DNA of 64,000 bases from an uncultured Pseudomonadota bacterium (GTDB lineage Bacteria; Pseudomonadota; Gammaproteobacteria; Steroidobacterales; Steroidobacteraceae), in assembly GCA_903832085.1 (NCBI GenBank), contig CAIKZZ010000032.1, positions 7,275 to 71,274 on the forward strand, in the 5' to 3' direction. This document shows, one piece after another, positions 27,041 to 36,949 of this stretch (positions within the stretch are counted from its first letter, which is position 1; each line of letters begins with the position of its first letter). The notes beneath the pieces were generated by a model. That model made no database searches. It was not told the origin of the DNA and saw only the letters and a list, made by a program, of their open reading frames with translations. The translations under genes were made by a program, and so were the position numbers.

Positions 27041-28225
27041 TCAGGCAGGCTTACCTGTCATATCCAAGTGCAAGGCAGTATCCGTATACGGGAACTTGGC
27101 GATGTATTCTTCATTGAGCTCAACCCCAAGTCCTGGGTCTGTGGGCGGAATGATGTAGCCCTCCTCCCAACGAATCGGCTTTTTTAAGATCGCGGCATGA
27201 AAGCCATCCCAGCGCTCAATACTTTCTTGAATCAAGAAATTCGGACTGCAGGTGGCGAGTTGCACGTTCGCCGCCCCCACAATGGGCCCGCAGTACAAAT
27301 GCGGCGCGATCTGCACGTGATAGACCTCGGCCATGCTGGCGATTTTCTTCGCCTCCAGAATGCCACCCACCCGACCTAAATTCATTTGCAAGATAGCGGC
27401 GGAGCCTGCATTCAGCAAGCGCGCAAAATCATACTTGGTTGTCAAACGCTCACCGGTCGCAATCGGAATGCTTGTACCGCGTGCGACTTTCGCCATTTCC
27501 TCGGGCGCATCGGGCGGGACCGGCTCTTCAAACCAAAGCGGGTCGTATTTTTCCAAACGCCGCGCCAAACGAATAGCGCCAGCCGCCGTCATCTGTCCGT
27601 GCGTCCCAAACAAGAGATCCGCTTTATTGCCCACCGCCTCGCGCAATTGCTTACAAAAGCGCTCGGATAGCGCCAGTGCGTCCAATGACAACTGACGCCC
27701 ATCAAATGCCGTGTAAGGGCCTGCCGGGTCAAACTTGATGGCTGTAAAGCCTTGCTTGACGAGCTCCACGGCCCGCGTCGCTGACAAGTCCGGATCCTGA
27801 TACACATCCACTGTGTCACCGGGACGTGCGTAGATGTACGTGTAGGAGCGCAAGCGCTCGTGCACCTTGCCGCCTAACAAGTTATAGACCGGCTGATTGG
27901 CTTCCTTGCCAATGATGTCCCAGCACGCCATCTCAAGCGCACTCATGACACCCATCAACGTCAAATCCGGATGCTGGGTAAAGCCGGCCGAATACACGCG
28001 CCGCCACATGTGCTCAATACGGTGCGGATCCTCGCCCTGCATATAGCGGGCAAAGGTGTCCTCAATCATTTGCGCGACGAGGTGCGGTGCAAAGGGCACG
28101 CAGTAAGCCTCGCCCACGCCCGATACGCCACTATCTGTGGTGAGCTTCACGAACACAAAATACCGGCCGCCGTAATGCGGCGGCGGGTTGCCCACAACAA
28201 AGGTCTTAATGTCTTTGAGTTTCAT
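27041..28225 (-). CDS. Enolase-superfamily acid-sugar-type dehydratase (mandelate racemase/galactonate dehydratase-like)
   Basis: 394 aa. The N-terminus MKLKDIKTFVVGNPPPHYGGRYFVFVKLTTDSGVSGVGEAY is typical of this subgroup. Also has PLWFEEPVPPD and IATGERL. Confidence 0.7.
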   Translation of the reverse strand: MKLKDIKTFVVGNPPPHYGGRYFVFVKLTTDSGVSGVGEAYCVPFAPHLVAQMIEDTFARYMQGEDPHRIEHMWRRVYSAGFTQHPDLTLMGVMSALEMACWDIIGKEANQPVYNLLGGKVHERLRSYTYIYARPGDTVDVYQDPDLSATRAVELVKQGFTAIKFDPAGPYTAFDGRQLSLDALALSERFCKQLREAVGNKADLLFGTHGQMTAAGAIRLARRLEKYDPLWFEEPVPPDAPEEMAKVARGTSIPIATGERLTTKYDFARLLNAGSAAILQMNLGRVGGILEAKKIASMAEVYHVQIAPHLYCGPIVGAANVQLATCSPNFLIQESIERWDGFHAAILKKPIRWEEGYIIPPTDPGLGVELNEEYIAKFPYTDTALHLDMTGKPA

Positions 28226-28234
28226 GACAATCCT

Positions 28235-29668
28235 TTAGGCGGCATAGAAGCCGTTGATGGCTTTGACCTCGAGGAACTCGATCAAGCCGTGCTTGCCCCA
28301 CTCGCGACCGTTGCCCGATTGCTTAAAGCCACCAAAAGGCGTCTCATAATCTTGGGACGCGCCATTTAAGTACACGCTACCAGCACGCAAGCGCCGCGCC
28401 ACAGTGCGCGCTTTGTCCATATCCCCACTTTGCACGTAAGCTGCAAGCCCGTAGGGCGTGTCATTGGCAATAGCAATCGCCTCATCCAGCGTCTTAAACG
28501 GAATGATGACGAGCACCGGCCCGAAGATCTCTTCACGCGCGATCGTCATCTGGTTATTCACGTCAGCAAAAATGGTGGGCTTGACGTAATAGCCGGTTTC
28601 AAAGCCAGCGGGCTTACCCAGTCCGCCGATGAGCACACGCGCGCCTTCCTTGATACCGATCTCGATCAGCTTTTGGATTTTGTCGAACTGCAACTTCGAC
28701 ACCACAGGGCCTAAGTGATTACCAGGCTGCGTGGGATCGCCCACCTTCACCTTGCTGGCAACGGCAGTCGCAATCTCAAGCACGCGCTCGTACACCGACT
28801 CTTCCACCAGCATGCGCGTGGGCGCATTGCACGATTGTCCGGTGTTGTTAAAGCAATGCAGCACACTGCGCTTGACGCAGGATTCCAGATTCGCATCAGC
28901 AAACACGATATTGGCGGACTTGCCGCCTAACTCTTGCGAGACGCGCTTGACCGTGTCAGCAGCGGCTTTGGCGACACTCACGCCCGCGCGGGTTGAACCC
29001 GTGAATGACACCATATCCACCAACGGATGCGCACTTAAAGCCGCTCCCACGATGGGGCCCGTGCCGTGGACCATATTAAAGACACCCGCCGGAAACCCTG
29101 CTTCATCAATAAACTCAGCAAATAGCTGCGCCGACAGCGGACTTTGCTCGCTGGCTTTGAGGACCACAGTGCAACCGGCCACCAGGGCGGGTGCAATCTT
29201 GGCCACCAATTGATTGATGGGCCAGTTCCACGGCGTGATCAGGCCACACACACCGATCGCTTCACGCACCACGTTGGCCGCTTTACCGGTGCGCTCTTCC
29301 CACTCCATGTGCTTCGCTGCATCAATGGTGGTTTGAATATGGCCAGGACCACAGGCAGCTTGTGAGCTATTTGACAAATCATAAGGCGCGCCCATCTCAG
29401 TGCTGATGGCGCTCACCATCTCAGCGTAGCGGCGCTCAAAAATCGTCTTGACCTTCGCCACGAGCGCAATGCGCTCAGCCAACGGCAGCGCCGAATAGGC
29501 AGGAAACGCGTGACTCGCTGCCTCAACGGCCAAGTTCACATCGGCTTCCGAACCCATGCTGAGCTCAGCCACCACGCGCTCTGTTGCCGGATTAATCACG
29601 GCGAAGGGGGCAGAAGCAACCATGGAGGGGACAAAGCGGCCATTGATGTAATGATTCAGACGATTCAC
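28235..29668 (-). CDS. NAD(P)+-dependent aldehyde dehydrogenase
   Basis: 477 aa. Catalytic motifs ELGGKSANIVF and NTGQSCNAPTR. Confidence 0.85.
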   Translation of the reverse strand: MNRLNHYINGRFVPSMVASAPFAVINPATERVVAELSMGSEADVNLAVEAASHAFPAYSALPLAERIALVAKVKTIFERRYAEMVSAISTEMGAPYDLSNSSQAACGPGHIQTTIDAAKHMEWEERTGKAANVVREAIGVCGLITPWNWPINQLVAKIAPALVAGCTVVLKASEQSPLSAQLFAEFIDEAGFPAGVFNMVHGTGPIVGAALSAHPLVDMVSFTGSTRAGVSVAKAAADTVKRVSQELGGKSANIVFADANLESCVKRSVLHCFNNTGQSCNAPTRMLVEESVYERVLEIATAVASKVKVGDPTQPGNHLGPVVSKLQFDKIQKLIEIGIKEGARVLIGGLGKPAGFETGYYVKPTIFADVNNQMTIAREEIFGPVLVIIPFKTLDEAIAIANDTPYGLAAYVQSGDMDKARTVARRLRAGSVYLNGASQDYETPFGGFKQSGNGREWGKHGLIEFLEVKAINGFYAA

Positions 29669-29742
29669 GGGGACACTTCCTGTTCAATATAAAGTTAGTA
29701 ACACTGCTCACCGCGCGAGTGCGCGCGACGATTTCAAAACAT

Positions 29743-29922
29743 TCACTTGAGCGTTCGAGCCAAGTCTTTAATCACGGTGGAAGCCGTTTTCACACAGGCG
29801 AAAGGCAGCAAGCCGTGCAATAACGCAGCCACTGCACCAAACAGCATTTTAAGGGAAATCCCCCAGGCACGGATCAAATGCTGAACATATCCGACTTTAG
29901 CTTCACGCAAGTGAGCAAACAT
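29743..29922 (-). CDS. Small hydrophobic hypothetical protein (59 aa; absent from the ORF track, apparently too short for it)
   Basis: My own translation is MFAHLREAKVGYVQHLIRAWGISLKMLFGAVAALLHGLLPFACVKTASTVIKDLARTLK*. AGGA lies about 12 nt upstream. It resembles a small conserved protein family (..GY..H......G......G....LHGLLPF.F..T.S..I..L) that I recall as DUF6356; that family number is from memory and unverified. Confidence 0.45.
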   Translation of the reverse strand: MFAHLREAKVGYVQHLIRAWGISLKMLFGAVAALLHGLLPFACVKTASTVIKDLARTLK

Positions 29923-29999
29923 CGTTTTTAACCTGTCCTTTAATTTCTCTTACCAGTCCAGCCCACCACTGCCACCATTGGGCTTTTGAGACACCGCAC

Positions 30000-30968
30000 C
30001 TAGTGTGTCGGTTCCAAAAAGAGATTGAGATCCCGCGCCACCACCGCGGGCGCCTCCCAAAACGCGTTGTGGCCATAGGAGGGATACACGATGACTTGGG
30101 CTTTAGGCAGCGCACGGCGCAAGGAATCCCGATCCGCGCTACCAAAGATGGGGTCTTTAGCACCCCACATCAAGAGCGTGGGCGCTGTCAGGCGCGGTAG
30201 CGTACTTTGTAGATCAAGGCCCGTGACCCCCTGATCCAGAATCGCAAGCCAGACCTTGACTGGAATCTGCGCTGCATCGCGCCGTTCCCGGCGCAAAAAG
30301 TCTGGATCCACTGGCGTGGGGGATGCGTACCACTCGATCATAAACGGCGACTCCGGATCAATCGGATCGTTAAGCGTCTGGATTGGTCCCCGAAAATCAA
30401 GTGGCGCGGGATCCGTCTTTTTGCGCGCAGCGCGTTTCTCGGCCTCACTCGGCCCACCGGTTGATGAAATCAGCACGACTTTATGCACGCGCTCCGGCCA
30501 GTACTCGGCAATGGTCTGGGCAATAATGCTGCCTAACGAATGACCAACGACATCAGCGGACTGAATATGAAGCGCATCCAGCAAGAGCTTGATGTCGTAA
30601 GCGAAATCCACGCGTGCATAGCAACACTCGGGCTTCGCAGACGCGCCATGACCACGAATGTCCACCACGATCAAACGAAAACGTGGATTCAAATACGGGA
30701 TGAGTGGCACCCAGTCGCGCGCATTATCCGTGTAACCGTGGATGAGCACCACGGGCTGCCCCTCAGGGTTGCCCATCTCAACGACACCGAGCGTCATGCC
30801 ATTGGGCAGCGGAATGGCTTTTTTCAAGGCATCCCAAGTATCAAGATTAATCGCTTGCCCCGTTGGGACCGCGCTCTGACCGGTACTCGCCTGCACGCTG
30901 ATCGAGAGCAGGCACACAAGCACAGACAGCATCGCTGTGCGCCACGAGACACGACTCAACCATTGCAT
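30000..30968 (-). CDS. Secreted alpha/beta-fold hydrolase
   Basis: Track ORF 30000..30986 starts with TTG. The ATG at 30968 gives a signal peptide (MQWLSRVSWRTAMLSVLVCLLSISVQAST). Has VVLIHGYTDN and the nucleophile elbow GHSLGS. Confidence 0.75.
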   Translation of the reverse strand: MQWLSRVSWRTAMLSVLVCLLSISVQASTGQSAVPTGQAINLDTWDALKKAIPLPNGMTLGVVEMGNPEGQPVVLIHGYTDNARDWVPLIPYLNPRFRLIVVDIRGHGASAKPECCYARVDFAYDIKLLLDALHIQSADVVGHSLGSIIAQTIAEYWPERVHKVVLISSTGGPSEAEKRAARKKTDPAPLDFRGPIQTLNDPIDPESPFMIEWYASPTPVDPDFLRRERRDAAQIPVKVWLAILDQGVTGLDLQSTLPRLTAPTLLMWGAKDPIFGSADRDSLRRALPKAQVIVYPSYGHNAFWEAPAVVARDLNLFLEPTH

Positions 30969-30982
30969 CGCGATGACTCCAC

Positions 30983-32311
30983 TCAACTAGGAGATGGCGC
31001 GCCGACCTTGACCCCGGTGGCGCGTTCCTGATCGGCGACCAACGAACGCGCCGACCAGAAATAATGAAACGTCGCCCACAGGCCCGTGGGCACGAGGCAC
31101 AACATAGCAAGGCGCAAGGACTCACCGGTCGCCACGTGATGCGGCGCAAAGGAATCGCTTAAGAACCCCACAAGTTGCGGCGCGATGATCAAATTACCCA
31201 CGTTGGCGACGAATAAAGTGGCCGCACAGAACTGACCGCGCATCCGCGGCTCTGCCAAATTAAGTAGCAAGCCAAAGCACGGACCAATATAAAAATAAAT
31301 CGCTGGGATAAACACCCAGAACAAGGGCGTGATCACTTTTAAATCATGCGACATATAGATAAAGAACGATGCGATCGTCCCGATACCCACCCACGTGCCC
31401 ATGAGCCACACGATACGCCGAGGATCCATCATGGACTTGCGCGTGAGCAACCACCCGGTAAACACCGTTGCAGCGGAACCGCCGTACAGATGAATATTGG
31501 CAGTCACATCACCTGCTTGACCGGACGTGAGATCGTAATTGCGCATCAAAAATGCAGGCGTCCACCACATCAAGCCCCAACCCCACAGCGCCGTGAGGGC
31601 ACTCGCTAGCATCACGTGCACAGCAGAACGCTGGGTCCACAAGTAGCGCATGGACTCCACAAACGATGGCGTGGTCTCACCGATCTGTTTGGCATCTAAG
31701 CGGCCGCGCTTGGGTTCTTTGACAGTAAAATAAATCAGCACACCCACAAACAGCCCAGGTGCGCCCAACCATAAAAAGGCGGCTCGCCAACCCATGCTAT
31801 CGGCAATGTGACCTGCGATGGACGCCGCTGCCCAAGCACCGATGGGCGCACCGAGCGAAAAAATGGTGGAAGCCATCGGCCGATGCGAGACCGGGAAGTA
31901 ATCGGAAATAATGGAATTCGCACCAGGCGTGCCACCGGCCTCACCCACGCCCACACCGATGCGGGACAGGAGTAGCTGCCAGTAGTTCGCGGCGAGCCCA
32001 CAAAACACGGTCATCACCGACCAGGCCACCAGACACACACTGATGATGTTGCGGCGATTGTTCTTATCGATCAGATAGGAGAGTGGAAAGCCCATCACGA
32101 CATAAAAGAGCGCCAACGACACACCGGTCAAAAAGCCTATACCGCTGTCGGTCAGGTGCAGTTCCAACCGAATGGGCTCCAAAACAGTTGAGATCATGTA
32201 CCGATCGGTAATACTCAAGGTGTACACCAAGCACATCATGAACAGCACATACCAACGCGTCAGTGCCGCGGGCGGATTGCGCTCATCGGAGGGCGAGTGC
32301 TGCCGAGTCAT
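30983..32311 (-). CDS. MFS transporter
   Basis: Multiple hydrophobic spans and the MFS motif ..LSRIGVGVGEAG.. The likely start is ATG 32311 (MTRQHSPSDE...) rather than the track start 32371. Confidence 0.75.
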   Translation of the reverse strand: MTRQHSPSDERNPPAALTRWYVLFMMCLVYTLSITDRYMISTVLEPIRLELHLTDSGIGFLTGVSLALFYVVMGFPLSYLIDKNNRRNIISVCLVAWSVMTVFCGLAANYWQLLLSRIGVGVGEAGGTPGANSIISDYFPVSHRPMASTIFSLGAPIGAWAAASIAGHIADSMGWRAAFLWLGAPGLFVGVLIYFTVKEPKRGRLDAKQIGETTPSFVESMRYLWTQRSAVHVMLASALTALWGWGLMWWTPAFLMRNYDLTSGQAGDVTANIHLYGGSAATVFTGWLLTRKSMMDPRRIVWLMGTWVGIGTIASFFIYMSHDLKVITPLFWVFIPAIYFYIGPCFGLLLNLAEPRMRGQFCAATLFVANVGNLIIAPQLVGFLSDSFAPHHVATGESLRLAMLCLVPTGLWATFHYFWSARSLVADQERATGVKVGAPSPS

Positions 32312-32559
32312 GGACGTCCTTTGGTTCACCGTGGTCGATCCCCCACAAAGCGGCATCTTGGCACACAGCACGGCGCTTGTGCGGGGTGTAGGCTGGCCAA
32401 TGTAAAGGGAAGCTTTCCGTCAGGGCACTATTTTTGACTTGCGTACCCACAAACCCCCCGATACCCTGCTCACATCGGGTTAGTTCGTGCCGATGATGCA
32501 ACTAATCCACTGATTTATAACGTTTTTTTTAAAAACAACTACCACGTACGAGGCCTCAA

Positions 32560-33534
32560 GTGAACAACGCACGGATCGGATTTATCGGTTTAGGCAATGT
32601 GGGCAGCAAACTCGCGGGCAATTTGCTACACCACGGGATTGACCTGACGGTATTGGACCTAAATACCGAGCTCGTGGCGGAGTTTGTAAAAAAGGGCGCC
32701 AAAGCTGCCACCTCACCCAAAGATCTGACGGAGAAGACGGATATCGTCATCACCTGCCTACCCTCACCAGCCGCCTCGGCCGATGTCATGGAGCGAGCCG
32801 ATGGCATTCTCGCCGGCATGAGCGCGGGCAAAATCTGGATCGAGATGAGCACAACCGATGCGGAAGAAATTCAGCGCCTCGCCCCCAAAGTGGAAGCCAA
32901 AGGCGGCACCGCGATGGAGTGCCCAGTGTCGGGCGGCTGCCACCGCGCCGCCACCGGCAATATCGCCATCTTTGCGGGCGGCCCACGCGCCTCGTTTGAG
33001 AAGGTGCTGCCGACGCTGTCCATCCTCGGGCGCGAGATTTTGCACACAGGTCCACTGGGCACCGCCTCGAAACTAAAAGTCATGACCAACTATCTGTGCA
33101 CCGTGCATTTGGTGGCGCTGGCCGAAGCGCTATCGACCTGCAAGGTGTTGGGACTGGACATGAACACCACCTATGAGGCGATCCGGATTTCCTCGGGTAA
33201 CTCATTCGTGCACGAAACAGAGTCGCAAGTGATTTTGAATGGCAGCCGCGACATTAACTTCACGATGGATCTCGTGATCAAGGATGTGGGCTTGTTTGAC
33301 TCGCTCGCTAAAGCGCACCAGGTGCCGCTGGAGCTATCGCCACTGATCTTAAATATTTTCAAAGACGGGCAACGCCGCTACGGTCCACGGGAGTTTTCAC
33401 CCAACATCATTCGACGCCTCGAAGACGCCTGCAATATCAAAGTATTGGGAGTGGGCTTTCCAGCCGAGATGAGCGACTCACAGCCAAAGGTCCCAGGCTA
33501 CGAAGTCGTGCCTAAAAATCGCGCTGTGCACTAA
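32560..33534 (+). CDS. NAD(P)-dependent oxidoreductase, 3-hydroxyisobutyrate/6-phosphogluconate dehydrogenase family
   Basis: 324 aa, GTG start, dinucleotide fold RIGFIGLGNVGSKLAGNL. Confidence 0.75.
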   Translation: MNNARIGFIGLGNVGSKLAGNLLHHGIDLTVLDLNTELVAEFVKKGAKAATSPKDLTEKTDIVITCLPSPAASADVMERADGILAGMSAGKIWIEMSTTDAEEIQRLAPKVEAKGGTAMECPVSGGCHRAATGNIAIFAGGPRASFEKVLPTLSILGREILHTGPLGTASKLKVMTNYLCTVHLVALAEALSTCKVLGLDMNTTYEAIRISSGNSFVHETESQVILNGSRDINFTMDLVIKDVGLFDSLAKAHQVPLELSPLILNIFKDGQRRYGPREFSPNIIRRLEDACNIKVLGVGFPAEMSDSQPKVPGYEVVPKNRAVH

Positions 33535-33543
33535 AGGCCTTGG

Positions 33544-33580
33544 GACGACGCGGCGCGGGCAAGTCCTGCGCTGCGTCGTC
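33544..33580. terminator. Stem-loop between convergent genes (possible bidirectional terminator)
   Basis: GACGACGC (33544-33551) pairs with GCGTCGTC (33573-33580), with a GC-rich interior. There is no clear T-tract. Confidence 0.35.
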
Positions 33581-33638
33581 TATCCAATTCGTATTGTGGT
33601 ACTGCCGACGGGGACTCCCAACACAGACCTCAGCCACT

Positions 33639-34547
33639 CTAGTGGTAGCCCGCACACGCCTTCACGACGTAATCAATAAACGCGCTCACACGCCGGTTGT
33701 CACGCTTTTCCTGCCGGCAAATGAGACCCCAACCACCAGGGCATTGCACCGAATGGCTGACTGGCTGCACCAGGCGTCCAAGGCGCAGGTCCTCCTCCAC
33801 AAAAGGACCATTCACGAGCACCGCCGCACGACCCTCTAAGACAATTTCGAGCGCCACTGCCAAGGTGTCCACGACGATGCGCGGATGCGCGGTGTAATCA
33901 ACCTGAGCCGATTCAAACCAGATATCCCAATTTCGCGCCTCGGTATAAATACTGACCAAGGGCAGCGCTAGTAAGTCTTTAGGCGTTGGGTGGCTGCCGA
34001 GCGTCGCACGCAAGGCCGGCGTACAGACCGGAAACAACCGATAATCAAACAGCGGCGTCCAATGAAATCCGGGGCCTGGCGGGTTCTCGGCATACACCAA
34101 ACCCACATCGGCGAGTGACTCGTCAAAGTCCCACTCGAACGAGCAGGTACTCAGCAGCAGATTAATCTCCGGATACTGCTGCGTGAAGCTAGGAATGCGC
34201 CGCGCCAACCAGCGCACCGAGGCTGTCACATAGGTCTGCACGCGCAGCGGCTGATCGACACGCGCCCGACGCACGGTTTCAGCGCCTTCAATCAGTAATT
34301 CCAAGGCCTTGCGCACGTAAGGGTACAAGAGCTCGCCCTCGGCGCTGGGTGCAATTTTGCGGCCTTCCCTCGAAAAGAGCGCCACCCCTAAATCCGCTTC
34401 CAGCAACTGCAACTGGTGGCTGATCGCCGGATGCGTCACACACAGTTCGTCCGCTGCCTCCCGGACACTTTGACGACGGGTGGTGACTTCAAAGCCTTTG
34501 AGAGCATTGAGTGGCGGCAATTTACGCAAATCTATTTTATTTGACAC
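33639..34547 (-). CDS. LysR-family transcriptional regulator (GcvA-like)
   Basis: 302 aa. HTH LPPLNALKGFEVTTRRQSVREAADELCVTHPAISHQLQLLE. Divergent from the GMC oxidoreductase gene. Confidence 0.85.
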   Translation of the reverse strand: MSNKIDLRKLPPLNALKGFEVTTRRQSVREAADELCVTHPAISHQLQLLEADLGVALFSREGRKIAPSAEGELLYPYVRKALELLIEGAETVRRARVDQPLRVQTYVTASVRWLARRIPSFTQQYPEINLLLSTCSFEWDFDESLADVGLVYAENPPGPGFHWTPLFDYRLFPVCTPALRATLGSHPTPKDLLALPLVSIYTEARNWDIWFESAQVDYTAHPRIVVDTLAVALEIVLEGRAAVLVNGPFVEEDLRLGRLVQPVSHSVQCPGGWGLICRQEKRDNRRVSAFIDYVVKACAGYH

Positions 34548-34691
34548 TCAACACCTGCAACGACTGGACTCCAACAAACGGGGACTGGGGAGTATCATAG
34601 GACGCGATCACAAGCGCGTAAGCGTAGCAGGCTGTGCGCCGAATGCCAGCCTCAAGGACAACCAAGAGGCGACAGCCCAGAGACTATTGCC

Positions 34692-36332
34692 ATGACCACA
34701 CAAACTGAATTTGACTACATCATCGTGGGTGCCGGCTCGGCAGGCTGCGTACTCGCCAATCGCTTAAGTGCATCGGGCGCGCACCGCGTGCTACTGCTAG
34801 AAGCCGGCGGCTCGGATCGCAGCCCGTGGATTCAGGTGCCCATCGGCTACGGCAAAACCTTCACCGATCCTCGTTACAACTGGATGTATAACGTCGCTCC
34901 CGACCCAGGACTCGGTGGTCGCACCGGCTATTGGCCGCGCGGCAAAGTCTTAGGTGGCTCTAGCTCCATTAATGCGATGGTCTTTATCCGCGGAGCGCAG
35001 GCTGATTTTAATGACTGGGAACGCGCCGGCAATCCAGGCTGGGGTTGGAACGATGTACTCCCGTACTTTAAAAAATCTGAAACCCACTTTTTAGGTGAAA
35101 CCGCTTACCACGGTGGCCAAGGACCCGTCTACGTCTCAGACCCAACCGCCAAAGTCCATACACTGTGTCACCGTTTCCTCGACACCTGCACGCACTTAGG
35201 GATTCCGCCAAATGCCGATTTTAATGGCGAGACGCTGTATGGCGCTGGCATCTGGCCACTGAACATCAAAAACGGACTGCGCGAGTCCACGGCCAACTGT
35301 TACCTGCGTCCAGCCATGGCACGGCGCAATTTAACGGTGCGGACCCACGCACACGCGACCCGCATTGTATTTGCAGAGCGCCGTGCCGTTGGCATCGAGT
35401 ATCTAGAAGGGACCACTCGCCACAGCGCGCGCGCAACACGCGAAGTGATTCTCTCGGCAGGGGCTGTGAATTCACCCCAGTTGCTGCAACTGTCTGGTGT
35501 CGGTGACCCCACACGACTTGCCGAATTTAATTTGCCACTCACTCACGATCTGCCTGCCGTAGGACAAGGACTCCAAGATCATGTCGCTGTGTCCTACTAC
35601 TATAAGTCCCGAATCCCGACCTTAAATAACGAGCTGTATCCCTTGTGGGGCAAAGTCTGGGCGGGTATGCGTTATGTGTTTAACCGCTCAGGACCCTTGT
35701 CACTCAGCGTCAACCAAGCGGGTGCGTTCTTAAAAAGCCGTCCAGGTCTGGATGCCCCCAACATGCAGATTTATTTTAATCCGTTAAGTTACACCAACAC
35801 CTCGCTCAAGCGGCGGCTGTTGAGTCCGGATCCGTATGCTGCGTTTTTGATGTCCTTCAACACCTGCCGACCGACCAGTCGCGGCAGTATTACCATTCAA
35901 TCGGCTGATCCACTCGCAGCTCCACTCATTCAGCCCAATGTCCTATCCACACCCGAGGACATCGCAGATGTGCAGGAAGGCGCACGCCTGTTACGCACCT
36001 TGACTGCAGCTCGGCCACTTTCGGACATCGTCGAGTCAGAATACACGCCAGGCCCCGCCTGCCAATCGGAAGCACAAATCTTGGAAGACTTTAGAGCGCG
36101 CGCGGGCACCGTGTATCACGCCTCTTGCACCTGCGCGATGGGCGCTGATCCTGCGACCTCGGTAGTCAACGCCCGCTTACAAGTGCATGGTCTTGAAGCC
36201 TTACGGGTGGTCGATGCGTCCGTGTTCCCTTACGTGACCTCCGGCAACACCAACGCGCCCACCATGATGGTGGCCGAACGGGCCGCTGATCTGATCTTGA
36301 ACAACCACGAATACAGCACAGCACACCCATGA
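34692..36332 (+). CDS. GMC-family FAD oxidoreductase (choline dehydrogenase-like)
   Basis: 546 aa. Has FDYIIVGAGSAGCVLANRLS, GGSSSINAMVF, and a C-terminal active-site region ...VYHASCTCAMG... Confidence 0.85.
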   Translation: MTTQTEFDYIIVGAGSAGCVLANRLSASGAHRVLLLEAGGSDRSPWIQVPIGYGKTFTDPRYNWMYNVAPDPGLGGRTGYWPRGKVLGGSSSINAMVFIRGAQADFNDWERAGNPGWGWNDVLPYFKKSETHFLGETAYHGGQGPVYVSDPTAKVHTLCHRFLDTCTHLGIPPNADFNGETLYGAGIWPLNIKNGLRESTANCYLRPAMARRNLTVRTHAHATRIVFAERRAVGIEYLEGTTRHSARATREVILSAGAVNSPQLLQLSGVGDPTRLAEFNLPLTHDLPAVGQGLQDHVAVSYYYKSRIPTLNNELYPLWGKVWAGMRYVFNRSGPLSLSVNQAGAFLKSRPGLDAPNMQIYFNPLSYTNTSLKRRLLSPDPYAAFLMSFNTCRPTSRGSITIQSADPLAAPLIQPNVLSTPEDIADVQEGARLLRTLTAARPLSDIVESEYTPGPACQSEAQILEDFRARAGTVYHASCTCAMGADPATSVVNARLQVHGLEALRVVDASVFPYVTSGNTNAPTMMVAERAADLILNNHEYSTAHP

Positions 36333-36949
36333 CCCAGCAAGGCACTGCAACGGTTCGGTTTCGGCAAATGAAAGACGGCACTCAAGCCGACTACCAGCTG
36401 CTCGAGCACGCGGAAACCGCCTATGTGCAGGCACTGCCTGATCGCGTGCTGGCAGCGCTCAAAAAATTAGAGTCTGAGTCGCTGCAGGGCTATCCCGTGA
36501 ATCGCTATCAGCATTCACTACAAACCGCCACGCGAGCACTGCGGGATAGCGCTGACATTGAACTACTTGTGGCAGCATTGCTGCACGATATAGGCGACGA
36601 TTTGGCACCACACAGCCATGCGGATGTGGCGGCTGCTATCTTAAAGCCTTATGTACGACCAGAAGTGACTTGGATCGTGGCACAGCACGGACTTTTCCAG
36701 AGCTACTATTTTGCACACCACTTAGGCAAAGACCGTCACGGTCGTGACCGCTACCGCGATCATCCGTGGTTTAACGCCTGTGCTGATTTTTGCGAACGCT
36801 GGGATCAGGCCTCATTTGATCCTGATTACCCCACCGAGCCGCTGGCCACTTTTGAGCCGTGGGTGCGCGAGGTGCTCACGCGCCCAGCGTTTGATCCGCG
36901 CTTTACCGGCGATCAAACAGCGTCAGTTCAGGACCCGACAAAGCCTTAA
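36329..36949 (+). CDS. HD-domain protein resembling the PhnZ/TmpB-type mixed-valent diiron oxygenases
   Basis: 206 aa. The ATGA start overlaps the GMC stop. The ligand-like series is H (YQHSLQTA), HD (ALLHDIGD), H (PHSHADV), H (VAQHG) and D (ERWDQ), in the order and spacing I recall for PhnZ. Confidence 0.55.
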   Translation: MTQQGTATVRFRQMKDGTQADYQLLEHAETAYVQALPDRVLAALKKLESESLQGYPVNRYQHSLQTATRALRDSADIELLVAALLHDIGDDLAPHSHADVAAAILKPYVRPEVTWIVAQHGLFQSYYFAHHLGKDRHGRDRYRDHPWFNACADFCERWDQASFDPDYPTEPLATFEPWVREVLTRPAFDPRFTGDQTASVQDPTKP

